From Octopus bimaculoides (Eukaryota), in the NCBI RefSeq assembly GCF_001194135.2, contig NC_068982.1, positions 39,735,424-39,798,254 of the forward strand: a stretch of 62,831 nt of DNA, read 5' to 3'. How positions within the stretch are numbered: position 1 is the first letter of the stretch; the number at the start of each line of letters is the position of its first letter. A program made the position numbers and the translations under genes. Below, in pieces: positions 40,205 to 53,115 of this stretch. The notes beneath the pieces are model-generated. The model made no database searches, was not told the DNA's origin, and saw only the letters and a program-made list of their open reading frames with translations.

Positions 40205-42190
40205 GCAGACAGACAGACAGACAGACAGACAGGCAGACAGACAGGCAGACAGACAGATACGCAGGCTGACTGAGAGAATTTTGAAATATAATAGGAAACT
40301 TTATATATATTTCCCAATAAACATTGCAGTATCCTGTCTAAATCACTTCCGAACTGAAACAATTGATGTATTATACTTGGCACCGTGGATGCTAGTATTA
40401 TATTCATCACGTTCATATTATCTTAGAATTGTAGGTTACTTGAGTAGAATTTATATCTTTTGTCATAGTATAAGTTATAACACCACACATGATATCGGTC
40501 CTTCGAGGTTATAAGCAGATTTTCTGTTGTCATGCAATAGCGTAAGGGACATATTTCTTTTAATGTGTCTGTGTGAAGAAGGTCTATTGTGTATGCATAT
40601 AGAATCACATACAATTACACTTACATATCCATATATCCATATATATCTATATATACATGAATATATATATATATATATNNNNNNNNNNTATGTTGGCGTC
40701 ATTTCTAATATGTGCCAAAATGTTTCCACACTGAGTAAATATTTTGACACGATTGCATGCCGAATAATGTTGACCATACTTCCGAAGTAATTATTCTACA
40801 TGACATCGTATTCTTCCACTTTCCATATCAATAATATTTCTGCTAAACATAACAGAATCTTAATCATACATTTGAATTTCCGATATGATAAATACTATCA
40901 AAATATTTTCTTTCAGCGTTTTCCTCCTTAACTTTCGCTTGCACAAAAGGGATTCCTTGGGCATCAATATGAAAAGTATTCACTATCTGAGCAACCGAAT
41001 ACTAACTGCAGAAGTAACAAACGACTACATCGTTAACAGAAATGTATCACCAATCTATTGTTCCGAATTATATCTTGTACACAATATCATTTTTGGTACT
41101 TTAGTGTGAACGACAGCCAGTTTTTGATTGATCAGATGATTTGTAAATAAACAATTATACACTTGAGACGGGTATAATAGCTGATCGGCTGACGTTTGGA
41201 TTAGTTTTCACTATCTCATGAAGAAAGGAAAGGAAGAGGAATTGGCTGAGTGATACCGTCTGTAAAATAATTTTTGTCCAAAATATTTTCGTCTTCACGC
41301 ATCTGCTACCTTATTTCATCTATGTATGTATGCATGTATGTATGTATCTATATATCTATCTATTTATCAATATGTCTGTCTGTCTTTCTGTCTATCTCTC
41401 TATCTATATATGTTTGCTATGTATGCACTCGTGTGTGTGTGTGTGTGTGTGTGTGCGTGTGTGTGTGTGTGTGCGTGTGTGTGTGTGTGCGCGTGTGTGT
41501 GTGTGTGTGTGTATAAATTTGTGTCAGATGGAAAACAGGTTTTAATTAAAAATTGCTGCATTTGTTTCTGTGCCGTTCGACGAGTTTTAACTTACTACAT
41601 TTTCATTCTCATATCATTACATAAAATTATTTTATGAATAATTATATAGATAAATATAATTCAACAACTGTACATCATCGGGTAGATTGCTCTTAAGGGA
41701 CTACCGGATCTCTTTGAATTTCCTCTCTTCTATATGCCTTAGCAGAAATATGTTTTTTCTTTATTGTTTAGTTCATGAGTTAAGGCCACACAAGATACGA
41801 ACACTAAAAGTATAAATATTGTTGTAGTAAAACAAAAAATAAAGAATAAAATTAAAAATACCAATTACAAAACAAATAGAGGACATTCATTAATGAAACA
41901 CAATATAATACATCTATAAATGTATATGAAACCTAACTCCTGTCTTTTCATTTTATTGTAAGCTTGTCTGTTTTGTCCCATGACATGGACTAGAACTATC
42001 TATTATCTTTAGAGTGCGTAGCTATTTTCTTTCAAATAACCCATTGACACCACTTGAGAAAAAAAAAACCTTTTGATATTCACTGAGATTCTTGTCTTAC
42101 AAAGATTTATTCCACCACACTCTTTCTACTGATGGCCATTCACTCTTTTTATTCATACATACGCATATATACGCTCTCTCTGTCTGCATG

Positions 42191-42221
<31 letters not shown>

Positions 42222-42279
42222 ATGTCACACGTGCACACATACACACATGTACGCACACACACATGCACGCACACGCACG

Positions 42280-42332
<53 letters not shown>

Positions 42333-42775
42333 NNNNNNNNNNNNNNNNNNNNNNNNNNNNNNNNNNNNNNNNNNNNNNNNNNNNNNNNNNNNNNNNNNNN
42401 NNNNNNNNNNNNNNNNNNNNNNNNNNNNNNNNNNNNNNNNNNNNNNNNNNNNNNNNNNNNNNNNNNNNNNNNNNNNNNNNNNNNNNNNNNNNNNNNNNNN
42501 NNNNNNNNNNNNNNNNNNNNNNNNNNNNNNNNNNNNNNNNNNNNNNNNNNNNNNNNNNNNNNNNNNNNNNNNNNNNNNNNNNNNNNNNNNNNNNNNNNNN
42601 NNNNNNNNNNNNNNNNNNNNNNNNNNNNNNNNNNNNNNNNNNNNNNNNNNNNNNNNNNNNNNNNNNNNNNNNNNNNNNNNNNNNNNNNNNNNNNNNNNNN
42701 NNNNNNNNNNNNNNNNNNNNNNNNNNNNNNNNNNNNNNNNNNNNNNNNNNNNNNNNNNNNNNNNNNNNNNNNNNN

Positions 42776-42810
<35 letters not shown>

Positions 42811-44059
42811 CTACGTATGTATGTAATTTTGTGTGATATTATTTTTACATCACTTTCATAGACTTTCAGGCTGTCAGCTATCAAAATAAAAAAAGCAAAA
42901 AAAATCAAAAAAAAAACGCATAATTTCAAAGGAATGTATATTTCCGTTAATAAAACTATTTCATGAAATAATTCTTTCATGTTTTGAAACATGAAATATT
43001 AGTAACTTGTTCCAAAATTTTTTAGTTGTGTAAAGATATTGAATCTACATTAAATTGAAAAAATGTTCCCACCTTTTGATAATAAATTTCAATGAAATAA
43101 GAAATTTTGCAATCATATTTCAATAAGAAATATAATTTTACATGTTCTCTTTGGTATAATTTTACTGACAGGTTCATCTTATCATTATTTTTATTACTAA
43201 TGTTTGAACAGACATTTAACTAGGAATAAATCTCTTTATTTATGTTAATTAATAAAAAAATCATGTGATTCGAGCCAAGACTCGTTGACTACTTTCTCCA
43301 GCTAATTTTACATAAGGCCTATCAGAAACTTCGATTTGGAGATATGAATCGCTTCTCCGAGTAAACTATCGTCTAATTGTCTCGTAAAATATTTACATTT
43401 ACCTATTTTACTAGACAATTATTTTGTTATCTTGTTCTTAAATTTCGCACAATTATATCAATATTTTTAACATGAAGTTATCCCTTACATATTGTGATAT
43501 TAGTTTAGCTCTTTCTAGGGGATATTCATTGTTCAGTTATCTAATGAGCCCTTGGAAGGGGTAAAGCTAGTGTTGCATATAAACCATGCAATTATAGGGA
43601 TGTCGAGCATATGTGGAAATTGTATGAATAAAGATTATGTTCGATGTAGCGCATCATGTACTTAATTATTTGGGATAAGAATTTTAGTAAAAGATAATTT
43701 TGTTCATCCATTATTCGGAATTCTGTATATTAGATAAATCTTAGATCTACCGTGGAGTGCATAACCGTCAGTTATGTAGCATACTCAAAGAATAACCTAT
43801 TACACAGTCACTTGACTTAGTCAAAACCCAACTTTATAAAGAAGACGGGACGTTATAGATAATGTAGTCAACGATATGTTAAAAAGCGGCGTAATGGTCA
43901 GAGCTGGAAAATTATTAATCAAATTTTTTCTCAGTCATGATAGACCCAAGGCCGAATAAATGTAACATAACTAATTTAGTTAAATTGCAATGTCCACATT
44001 TATATTAACTCCCACTCCCCTTTTCCTGTTTGATAGTAACAACCAAAACATAACAACCA

Positions 44060-44660
44060 ACATCATGCTAAATAGAGAGAAGTGGACACTTTCAAGTACC
44101 TAGGATACACTTTCACCAAGAATGGCAGATCTCAAAGGGTGATAAGAAAACTGAGCTTAATCTCTGCTGCCGTGACGAAGCTGAACAACATATGGAGAAG
44201 CAATTCCATTAGTTTTCCAGCAAGACTCAAAGTGTACACGCCCCTGATGACTTCGATCTTCTGTGAGAGCTGATAGCTGATATGGAGAAAAGAATATCCA
44301 GGCATTTGAGTGAAAATGCTTCAGGTTATTACATATCTTGTACACGAAGCACAAAACTAAAAGCTTTGTCAGACAGTAAGTCAACAAATACGCTGACTGA
44401 CAGGATTCACTCCATGGGCAGGTAAAGAAGATAAAAGCTTGCCTAGTACGGTCACGTATCTCCCCTTAACTTCCAGTACAGAACTATTCTTCAGGGTACT
44501 GTTAAGTGAGGGTGAAAGAGAGGCAGACAGAGAAAATCCTGACAACATCAAGGATTGGACAAGTCATAACACAGTGAACCTGCTACGCGTGACGGAGACC
44601 AGAGACCAGTGACGACGGTTGACTATGAAAGCATCAGCTAAGAGATATTTATGATAATGA
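44060..44660 (+). mobile_element. Decayed RTE-clade LINE 3' fragment
   Basis: DTFKYLG, KLNNIWRSNSISF, (G)CES, IQAFE.KC, EHKT, KRRK, YGH, ILQG, RGRQRK, DNIKDWT in collinear order, broken by stops; ATGATAATGATGA tail. Confidence 0.85.
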
Positions 44661-44701
44661 TGAGTTTTGTACAAAAACTTCATTGTATATAACATACTTT
44701 T

Positions 44702-44850
44702 TTCTTTCTACTCTAGGCACAAGGCCCGAAATTTTAAGGAAGAGGGCCAGTCGATTAGATCGACCCAAGTACGCAGGTACTTAAGTTATCGACCCCGAAA
44801 GGATAAAAAGACATGGTCGACCTCAGTGGAATTTGAATTCAGAACGTAGA
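44702..44850 (-). mobile_element. 5'-truncated family A SINE
   Basis: Reverse complement reads GAATTCAAATTCCACTGAGGTCGACC..GGGGTCGATAAC..GGGTCGATCTAATCGACTGGCCC..GGGCCTTGTGCCTAGAGTAGAAAG. Confidence 0.85.
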
Positions 44851-46177
44851 ATTGTATATAATATACTAAAAACAAAGTTCTTCGTATCCTAATGTTACAT
44901 AACTAGGTGTATGCTGTTAATTTCTTTTATATAATTCCCTTATAATAGTGAACATTAACCTGAGTATGAGTCACTGGAATTTTTGAAAATATCAAATGTT
45001 CAACAACAGTCTACCTCTAAAATCTTGTGTGTCTGCATCGCGATCGGTTTTGTAGGATCATTACGAAAATATAAAACCTAAAGTGCGAAATGTCAATGAT
45101 TTTATCATGAATTTAATGAATTATTATATAATTTCCTCAATTCCCCCCAAAAAAGGACGCTAATTCTCATGTTTTTCTATGCATAAGTAGAGTCGTGGAG
45201 AGGTTTTTAAAATAAATTCATCAGAGATGCAAGGAAATGCTCATGATATTTATGCCAGCCTTGTGATATTGAGTCAAATAAATCGGGTACCTGGTCATAA
45301 AGCATGCGTTTAGGTTGTGTTATGAAGGATAACCTAAACGCCACAGGTTCATTAAACGGAATGACCAAGTGCAGTTGCAGTTCAATCGCCGGGCTTCCAC
45401 ATAGATTCCGTCAACCTTCTTTCATTCGCAAGGCTTAAATCAAACGAAGTAGAAATCCTGAAAATAGCGACATTCATTTCATAACTATCACTTTTAAAAT
45501 GTTTTGCTACTCCCTACTCCCTTCTATAGGACACTTCAGATGAATTTAAAATAATTTTATTATCGTTATTCTGTAATGTTGCATATAATTCAGATACGTA
45601 TCCATTATTTACTTGCAACCCATAATTGTTGTGTCGAGCAGAAATTGCATGCATAATTTTTGAGGAAACAATAAGTATAATAATAAAAATTATAAATTTC
45701 TAAGTAACGATTTCATACATGTTCCCTTATCCAGGTATGACATAGTATATTTATAAACACAATTAGCAGTTTCATGGATTCCATGAACAAAAATTCATTT
45801 CGTTCTAAATTTATTTATTGTTTCTGTATAACACAAATTGAATTCTATTTTAAGTGGGATTATTTCAGAAACAGTATTTTTCTACCAACACCGAAATATT
45901 TTATCATTAAACTATGATTTTGTGAAAAACATAACGGAATGTACAATTCACTGATATTTGGTGAGCTTATAAATCCATTAGCTGCGTGTCCCTCTGCAGA
46001 GAGAAATTGGTGTAGGATCCTACCGTTGAAGAGGGATGCAAATGATGCCAAAATTCCCTCACTCTTTATTCTACCCAAGCAGAAGAACGCATACATGACA
46101 TGTGTTCATATATGTCTGCGTATTGGTTTAAGCATTGACGCTAAATATACATATACATGTGTGTGCGTGTGTACGTG

Positions 46178-46233
<56 letters not shown>

Positions 46234-46417
46234 CATATATTTATTTCTATATATCTATCATATAGGCCTGCTACAACAAACATGAGTAATGGAACACGAG
46301 TATATGTAGATAATAACAGGAAGATTCTTGTTTGAAACTTTTCAGAGAGCAATGCATAAACGGACGGCCCTTAAATCCCTTTTGTAAAAATTTTATGAAG
46401 TTTAAATATAATAGTAC

Positions 46418-46712
46418 ATATAAAGGATAAAATCCTTTTTAAGTGCAGAAAAAAAAGTTGCCGGCTACTAGCCATGAGTATCGAACTGACAACCCTTCAA
46501 TATTCGTTGGAAGGATATTGGAGTCTACCCTTTAAGCTAAACTGCCGAACGACAAATTCTTCTCCAATTTTCGAAGTTATAAAGTCATCCAGAAACGCTA
46601 GAAGTCATAGATTACATCATATGTAATCTGGATATTGGAGGGTGTGAGTTCGATCATTACGGCTGGTTGCTGGCAAATTCTTCTGCTCTTAAAAGGATTT
46701 TATCCCTTATAT
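46418..46712. mobile_element. Foldback/MITE-like element with ~85-bp imperfect inverted arms
   Basis: 46418-46504 (..AAAGGATAAAATCCTTTTTAAGTGCAGAA..GCCGGCTACTAGCC..TCGAACTGACAACCCTTCAATAT) matches the reverse complement of 46631-46712. Confidence 0.7.
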
Positions 46713-46867
46713 ATAAAGTTCAGTATTTACGAGTTGAAAAAAAATATATCTTTCTACTTGTTCTACCATACATTTCAATGCTTCAAAAACAAACTTATGT
46801 TTGTTTATCGCCATGATCGACCGCTAACCACTAAAGCTTTTTTATTCTCTCTCTGTTTATTTTCTAG

Positions 46868-47000
46868 TGTTCCTTTCTGTTAAAGAGCGTAGGCTCGAAA
46901 CATAAAAGACTGTCTCACCTTCTCGGGAGTTAAACTAAAACAGCTGTTTGTTGTTTACACACCTGTCTTCGTCTTTTGTATTTTTGTAAATTTCAACTAT
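46868..47000 (+). repeat. Dispersed repeat with a minimal hammerhead-like core (probable Penelope-type terminal repeat)
   Basis: CTTT-CTGTTAA-A-GAGC-GTAG-GCTC-GAAAC-ATA-AAAG, then a T-rich body ending in (TA)n. Confidence 0.5.
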
Positions 47001-48349
47001 ATATGTGTGTTATGTGTGTGTATATATATATATACACGTACACACGCGCACGCACATGTTCCCAAAACAGGGATCTGTAATCAGACGTATACACGCACAC
47101 GCACACACGTATACACGAGATATATACACACATACTCTTCTAATCGGCAGTAACACTCCGAATAGAAAAATCAGCACACACATGTTAAAAGCACGCGTAC
47201 ATACACCAGGCACAGATATACAGACAGGGAGAAATAATACACACGTATGTATACACATTCAACTGCATATGCACACGCGCCTGACACACATTACATACAC
47301 GCATACACACACGTAAACACAGCATATACGATATCACGCATATAAGCGCATACGTACTCATCAAATACCAACGAACTGATGTCGCAAGCTCATAAACACA
47401 CATAACACGTACGCACAAAGTAGGTACATACGCATATTCTCAAACATCAGGCGCAACACACACCATTCAACTGATGTCGGTAACAGGTCAAACACCACTT
47501 CCCAGACAAAAAGCTACAGCCAATAAAGTGTCTTTCATTTGATTCTAGAAAGGTGGATTGGTATAAAAAACTAGAATTGATGCTGGTACCATATTAATTA
47601 TACCATGTGGTATGCTGTGTCAAAATAAAAATAAGGAAGAAATGGAGCAGTTCCGTTATTTTCTTTCTTCCTGGTCGTATCCTTTGTATTTCCGTAACAT
47701 AAAAAGTGTTATTAGATTATAACAAAGATTTTTTTTTTTTACGTAAAAAAAATACTCACAGGGAATGTCTAAAAGTTTATTAACTTTTGTATAATTCAAT
47801 TATTTCCGTTATGAACATTAGACAGATGAAAATTAGTCTTCCCTAAATAATATGTAACCTGTAGCTAACATAAAGCAATGCTGAAAAGCTAACCTCACAA
47901 GATATTTGTTATCTTTTTATTTTGTTTACAATGCATGCATGTTGAAGATGAGCATGGGAAAGGAAATAGGTTGTTAATTCCGTTTCCAATCAGTTTATTA
48001 TTTTTTTAAAAAAAAAGCTCCCGACGATATGAGTAACATCACATATTAAATTAACTGTGTACTATACTTACCGAATTATTTACATAATAATTCTTTATGC
48101 CATTGAAACGGCTGCATAAGATAATTATAACACGAATTATTTGTTAAATACATGGTTTTTCTTCTTTTTATTCTAAATGTGCTAATCTGAACAGTGGTTA
48201 TTGCAGATATTGTATGAGTATTCAGCTTTCTTCCAGCTTTACAATTAAGTATTGGAATTCAAAGAGGTACTATCAGTTGAATGCTTAATTATCGTGGAAA
48301 TATTTCTTTACCCTTATATATCAAGTATACACACACGCACACGCACACA

Positions 48350-48399
<50 letters not shown>

Positions 48400-49629
48400 C
48401 ATATATATATATATATATGTATGTATGTATGTACGTATCTATGTATATATGTATATGTACATGTTGTTTAGATGTTTATCGGTGTATTTCTACTAAGGAT
48501 TGCAAAGCAATTTCTATTGCAGAGCATGAAATCTTAAAATATAGGATTATCCGAAATTTTAAAAATCTTTTTGCCCATTACCTCGCATCTGACCTTGGGT
48601 TATAAATAGAGAGCTAATTTAGAGTGGATTGTAGGTATTTGACATCTACTTTTAGCGTATAGGCGCTGGTATAATTTTATTTTATAATTAGATATTTAAA
48701 AATATATATGTTCACATATATGTGTGTGTGGAGAGAGAGACTGCGAGAGAGAGACTGCGAGAGAGAGACTGCGAGAGAGAGAAAGAGAGAGAAATAGACA
48801 GATATCAAAGAGAGTATATAAAGTTTCTAAATGCATGCTAGCATTTTATCAGAATAAAAGTATAGTAGAAATTCAACAGAAAATTCTCTTAAGTTAAATC
48901 CTTTCAAATTAGAGTGGTTTCTTACACAGAAATATAATCTCTTCAATTTTTTTTTTTTGTTTGTACATTTCGTGCATATAACAACGTGATATCATGTATA
49001 ATATAATGGCTATAATTCCTTTTACTTTCTCACATGTTGATTTTCTTGCAGAACACAAAGACCTCTTAATACAAATCTAGTAAATATTAATCAAATTTGA
49101 AATACTCTTTGAAGATAAAAGTGTTCATAGTATTACTAGGAACCTTTTGTAAAAATGATGATTACCACTTCAAAACTGGAATTTCTATTCAGCAAATGTA
49201 GAATTAGAGTTAAGCGTTTCAGTCAGTTTATATTTATAAATTGAAAAGACACGAAATCCTTCTGTGAAATGAGTTTGTAATGTAGTCCAGTTTTAATCTA
49301 AGCAGAGTACTATCGGATCGACCGTGGTTTCTATCTCTTTATTAGTTGTCTCGTTGAATTTAACTTCTGTCGAACTACTGAATGAACAAGATTGCAGCTA
49401 CCATAAAAATGTTGCTTGGTTATAAATGGATAATCTATATGTATTTGCTTCTCCTTGAACAATAGAAACAGTAAGATTAAGTTGAACAAGTCATTTAATA
49501 TGCACAAACCAATGCGACTGTTATAATTCCGACACTGTCATAAAAAGGACTTATGATATGTACTGAAAGTTTATTCCAAAGAAACATTATTTACACGCAC
49601 ACTCATGCACACACTTTCACACACACATA

Positions 49630-49940
49630 CTCACACACGCGTGATGGTAGTCTTTTTTAGTCCGAGAAAGGCGGTTCTGCAATTTCTTGTTGTGTAACCA
49701 GCACAAAGATTTGATGATAATGATAAAATATATGCGCTGCACATTAGCACACTCCCTCCCTGACATCGACGTTGCCTGAGCAGATGCAGGGTATACCACA
49801 CGTGAGATGTCGAAGAGATAGCAGATCAACATGAGATGACGTGTTTTGTTCAAGAACACAACACACATCCCCCTCAAAGAATTGACATCACGATCTCACT
49901 ATTGCGAGTGCAACACCCTAACCACTCGGCTATGCACCCT
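49630..49940 (-). mobile_element. tRNA-derived SINE, family C
   Basis: Minus-strand head AGGGTGCATAGCCGAGTGGTTAGGGTGTTGCACTC (A-box), a degenerate B-box, and CORE-like GTGTTGTGTTCTTGAACAAAACAC. Flanked by (CA)n. The 3' end is approximate. Confidence 0.65.
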
Positions 49941-49967
49941 CACACACATACACGCAGACACACACAG

Positions 49968-49999
<32 letters not shown>

Positions 50000-50001
<2 letters not shown>

Positions 50002-50350
50002 AGTTATGTATACCTTTGCACCCAGACATATATGTCTACATTGGGCAGACGGCTGATTCATTTAAGAAACGTTATCGCAACCATACCGCCTGGTTCCAGA
50101 GAATCAATAAGACTCATTCAACATCTTTGGCCGATTTTGTGTGGCGACTGAAGGAAGATAAAATTAAGCATAACATAACTTGGTCCATAGCAAGGCACGG
50201 AAAACCATACCATACAATATAGTTTCCAGGAGACGCACACTCTGCTCCGAGTAATCCCTGTGGATTCTGTGGACCAATGAGAAGATCATTAATAGAATTT
50301 CTGAAAGACTGTCAAGATGCCTACATGCATATAAATGTACTTTTACATAA
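50000..50350 (+). mobile_element. Penelope-like element GIY-YIG endonuclease remnant
   Basis: YVYIGQTADSFKKRYRNH..STSLADFVWRLKE..ITWSI..KPY, then (shifted frame) NIVSRR.TLC..INRISERLSRCLH, resembling the PLE tail YN..SK.C.LC..LN.RSEL...C.H. Confidence 0.85.
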
Positions 50351-50762
50351 TGAAGTGGGAATGAACTTGGGTAACTGTCAACATAATCTACTTTAAGGTA
50401 TGGATGAATTAAGTATAGCTTTAATCTCCCTATTCTTATAAACACCAAGTAGTTATTTGACTCACTTTGTGATCGTGTGTGCAGCAAACCACACCTGCGG
50501 GTATGTTTACATTTTCATGGATGTTTTTATGAGAGAGTGTACACGCGTCATGCAGCTTGCGCGCGGTCGTTTATACATACATTCATATCTGTTAATGATT
50601 ATTTTTAATACTTCTCTGGCAGCATCGCGTGTTCGTTTCTTTTTTCCATGTGTGATCTTATTTTTGACCGATATAAATGAAGACGTTTCCTCCGTTTTGT
50701 TGTTTTTTTTCTTTCTATGAAATGAGAAGATACATTGCGGAAGTGTTCTTTTAACGAGTATC

Positions 50763-50887
50763 TATTTATTACCTGATGAGACCGATGAGACACGTCTGCA
50801 CAGCCTGATGCTCCTGAGCCAGTTGCTAAGTGTCCCACCCATGTGGGATCGATGCTAGATGAGTCGAAACAACTGTCGTGATTAATA
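50763..50887 (+). ncRNA. Putative type I hammerhead ribozyme with long stem II insert
   Basis: CTGATGA (50773-79), stem II GAC/GTC, GAAAC (50866-70), AACT, GTC cleavage triplet (50875-77), and ~10-bp stem I (50763-72 with 50878-87). Confidence 0.55.
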
Positions 50888-51639
50888 AAAATCCTCGTAT
50901 ATACCACTTTCTGTCTTTCATTTACCATATAACCATATATATAAGGATGACAATTTCGATAGAATCAGGTACTTGAAAAGGTATGCACTGCGTAGGGTTG
51001 GATAATGTCTGTTGTTTCAGTCTATGGTTGGTGAGAATCGAAATATCAGATGGGGAAAATCAACCCTATGCGTAGTTAGCGCCTAAAGGGCTGGTTCAAA
51101 TTAGGCGTTACTTTGAGCAGCACCTTGTTGGTATACTCCAGGGTGTCCTACAAGTCGTAAATTCCTTTCGTCTATTATAATCAAATGAACAATAACATGC
51201 GATAATTGTCAGCTTATTACAGCTGTTTCTTATGTAACATTTTAATAAAAGAATGAGAACATTAGATCATTATAAAAGGAAATTTAGGGGTATTCGGTGG
51301 GTATTGGTTGAAAATAGTGGGGAAGTGTACGAAGACCATCAAATAATATCAAACTTTATGGAATTAAAGTTGTAGTAAAGTAGAGTGCTACCTGTCTAAG
51401 GAGTTTAGAATCTAAAAAAAATTATATCATGATTTATGTGTTTCTCTATCCCCCTTCCCTGATCATTTACAATTAGCAACAGACTCCTATATACCGATCC
51501 TATACCTGATCGTCTCCTTTCTATTACATGAATAAGACTGATTTAAAATACAGAATGTATGGATGTTTGCTTGGTTATATGGGTGAATTCAATGTCAAGC
51601 CTATCATGACAATCAGACTCACGGATATACATTTTACCA

Positions 51640-51695
<56 letters not shown>

Positions 51696-52061
51696 ACACA
51701 CACACATACACACACACACACATACACATACACACACACACAAATACNNNNNNNNNNNNNNNNNNNNNNNNNNNNNNNNNNNNNNNNNNNNNNNNNNNNN
51801 NNNNNNNNNNNNNNNNNNNNNNNNNNNNNNNNNNNNNNNNNNNNNNNNNNNNNNNNNNNNNNNNNNNNNNNNNNNNNNNNNNNNNNNNNNNNNNNNNNNN
51901 NNNNNNNNNNNNNNNNNNNNNNNNNNNNNNNNNNNNNNNNNNNNNNNNNNNNNNNNNNNNNNNNNNNNNNNNNNNNNNNNNNNNNNNNNNNNNNNNNNNN
52001 NNNNNNNNNNNNNNNNNNNNNNNNNNNNNNNNNNNNNNNNNNNNNNNNNNNNNNNNNNNNN

Positions 52062-52320
52062 GGGGGGGCTTATGCCCATGCTGTCACTTACGCACTTGGA
52101 ATTTCGAAGAAATCGGTAATTTTTAATCAGCGTTGATTTTTGAAAAATCAATAGAACATTTCAATTCAAATTCTCATATGAATGTTATTTTCTACCATAA
52201 CCTTTAAAGTTTTCAACCAATTGCCTTGAGATTTTATACACAGATGGAACATGCGCTATGAGTGCGTTGATATGAAGAAGTTTTTTACGCACATGCACAA
52301 AAATGACGACACGGGTTCGC
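52062..52320 (+). mobile_element. Non-autonomous Helitron/Helentron-like repeat, copy 1 (5' part in gap)
   Basis: ~190 bp closely matching 52920-53110. Contains AACCTTTAAAGTTTTCAACC and ends CACGGGTTCGCTA. Family assignment rests on motif resemblance only. Confidence 0.45.
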
Positions 52321-52819
52321 TATCAATCTCTGGTCATTTTTTCGTTAAATCGGTCTTACCTATTAATATTGATTTCAATTTGAGGAAAATTTCCGAAATT
52401 CGACGAAAAATGTTTCATGGGTATAAAAAGACATCTTATTAACGGTAATCTCATTAGCATTTGCTAATTTTGTATTTCAATACGAATCGTTTTCGTTTGC
52501 TAAACTTATTATTTCAATTCGTTGATTTAATTCCTCAGCGTTTCAGGTATTAAAGAGGTAAATGCATTTTATTTCTTAGTATTTCATGCATAACCATAGA
52601 TATACTGATAATCAAACTACATTTATACAAAATACTACTTATATAAAAGGTTTAACCTATCAGTGTACCACTGTCTTAACTTGCGAATACTTTTGGATTT
52701 CAGATTTGCAGGAACCTTAACTCTTATAGAAGGTTCAGGATCTTATAACAGTCTTTGAAGACAGGGAATATTCTTATATGGGCCTCACCTTACTTAAAGT
52801 CAGGCTTTCTTATCCACCA

Positions 52820-53115
52820 CTGGGTGTGCGTTTGTGTGTGTGTGTGTGTGTTTGTGAATCTGTTACTTTAACTCCTCCGAGACTATCCAACCGATCTTGA
52901 TGAAACTTGACTCGTGTGTAGGGCTTATGTCCATGCAGTCACTTACGTATTTGAAATTTCAAAGAAATCGATAATTTTAAATCAGCATCGATTTTTCAAA
53001 AATCAATTGGACATTTAAATACAAATTCTCATAAGAATGTTATTTTCTGCCATAACTTTTAAAGTTTTCAACCGATTTTCTAGAAAGTGTATACACAGAT
53101 GGAATATGCGATGAG
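52820..53115 (+). mobile_element. Non-autonomous Helitron/Helentron-like repeat, copy 2
   Basis: (GT)n followed by AACTCCTCCGAGACTATCCAACCGATCTTGATGAAACTT, typical of DINE-1/HINE/Lep1-like repeats. Shares its body with 52062-52250. Confidence 0.45.
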
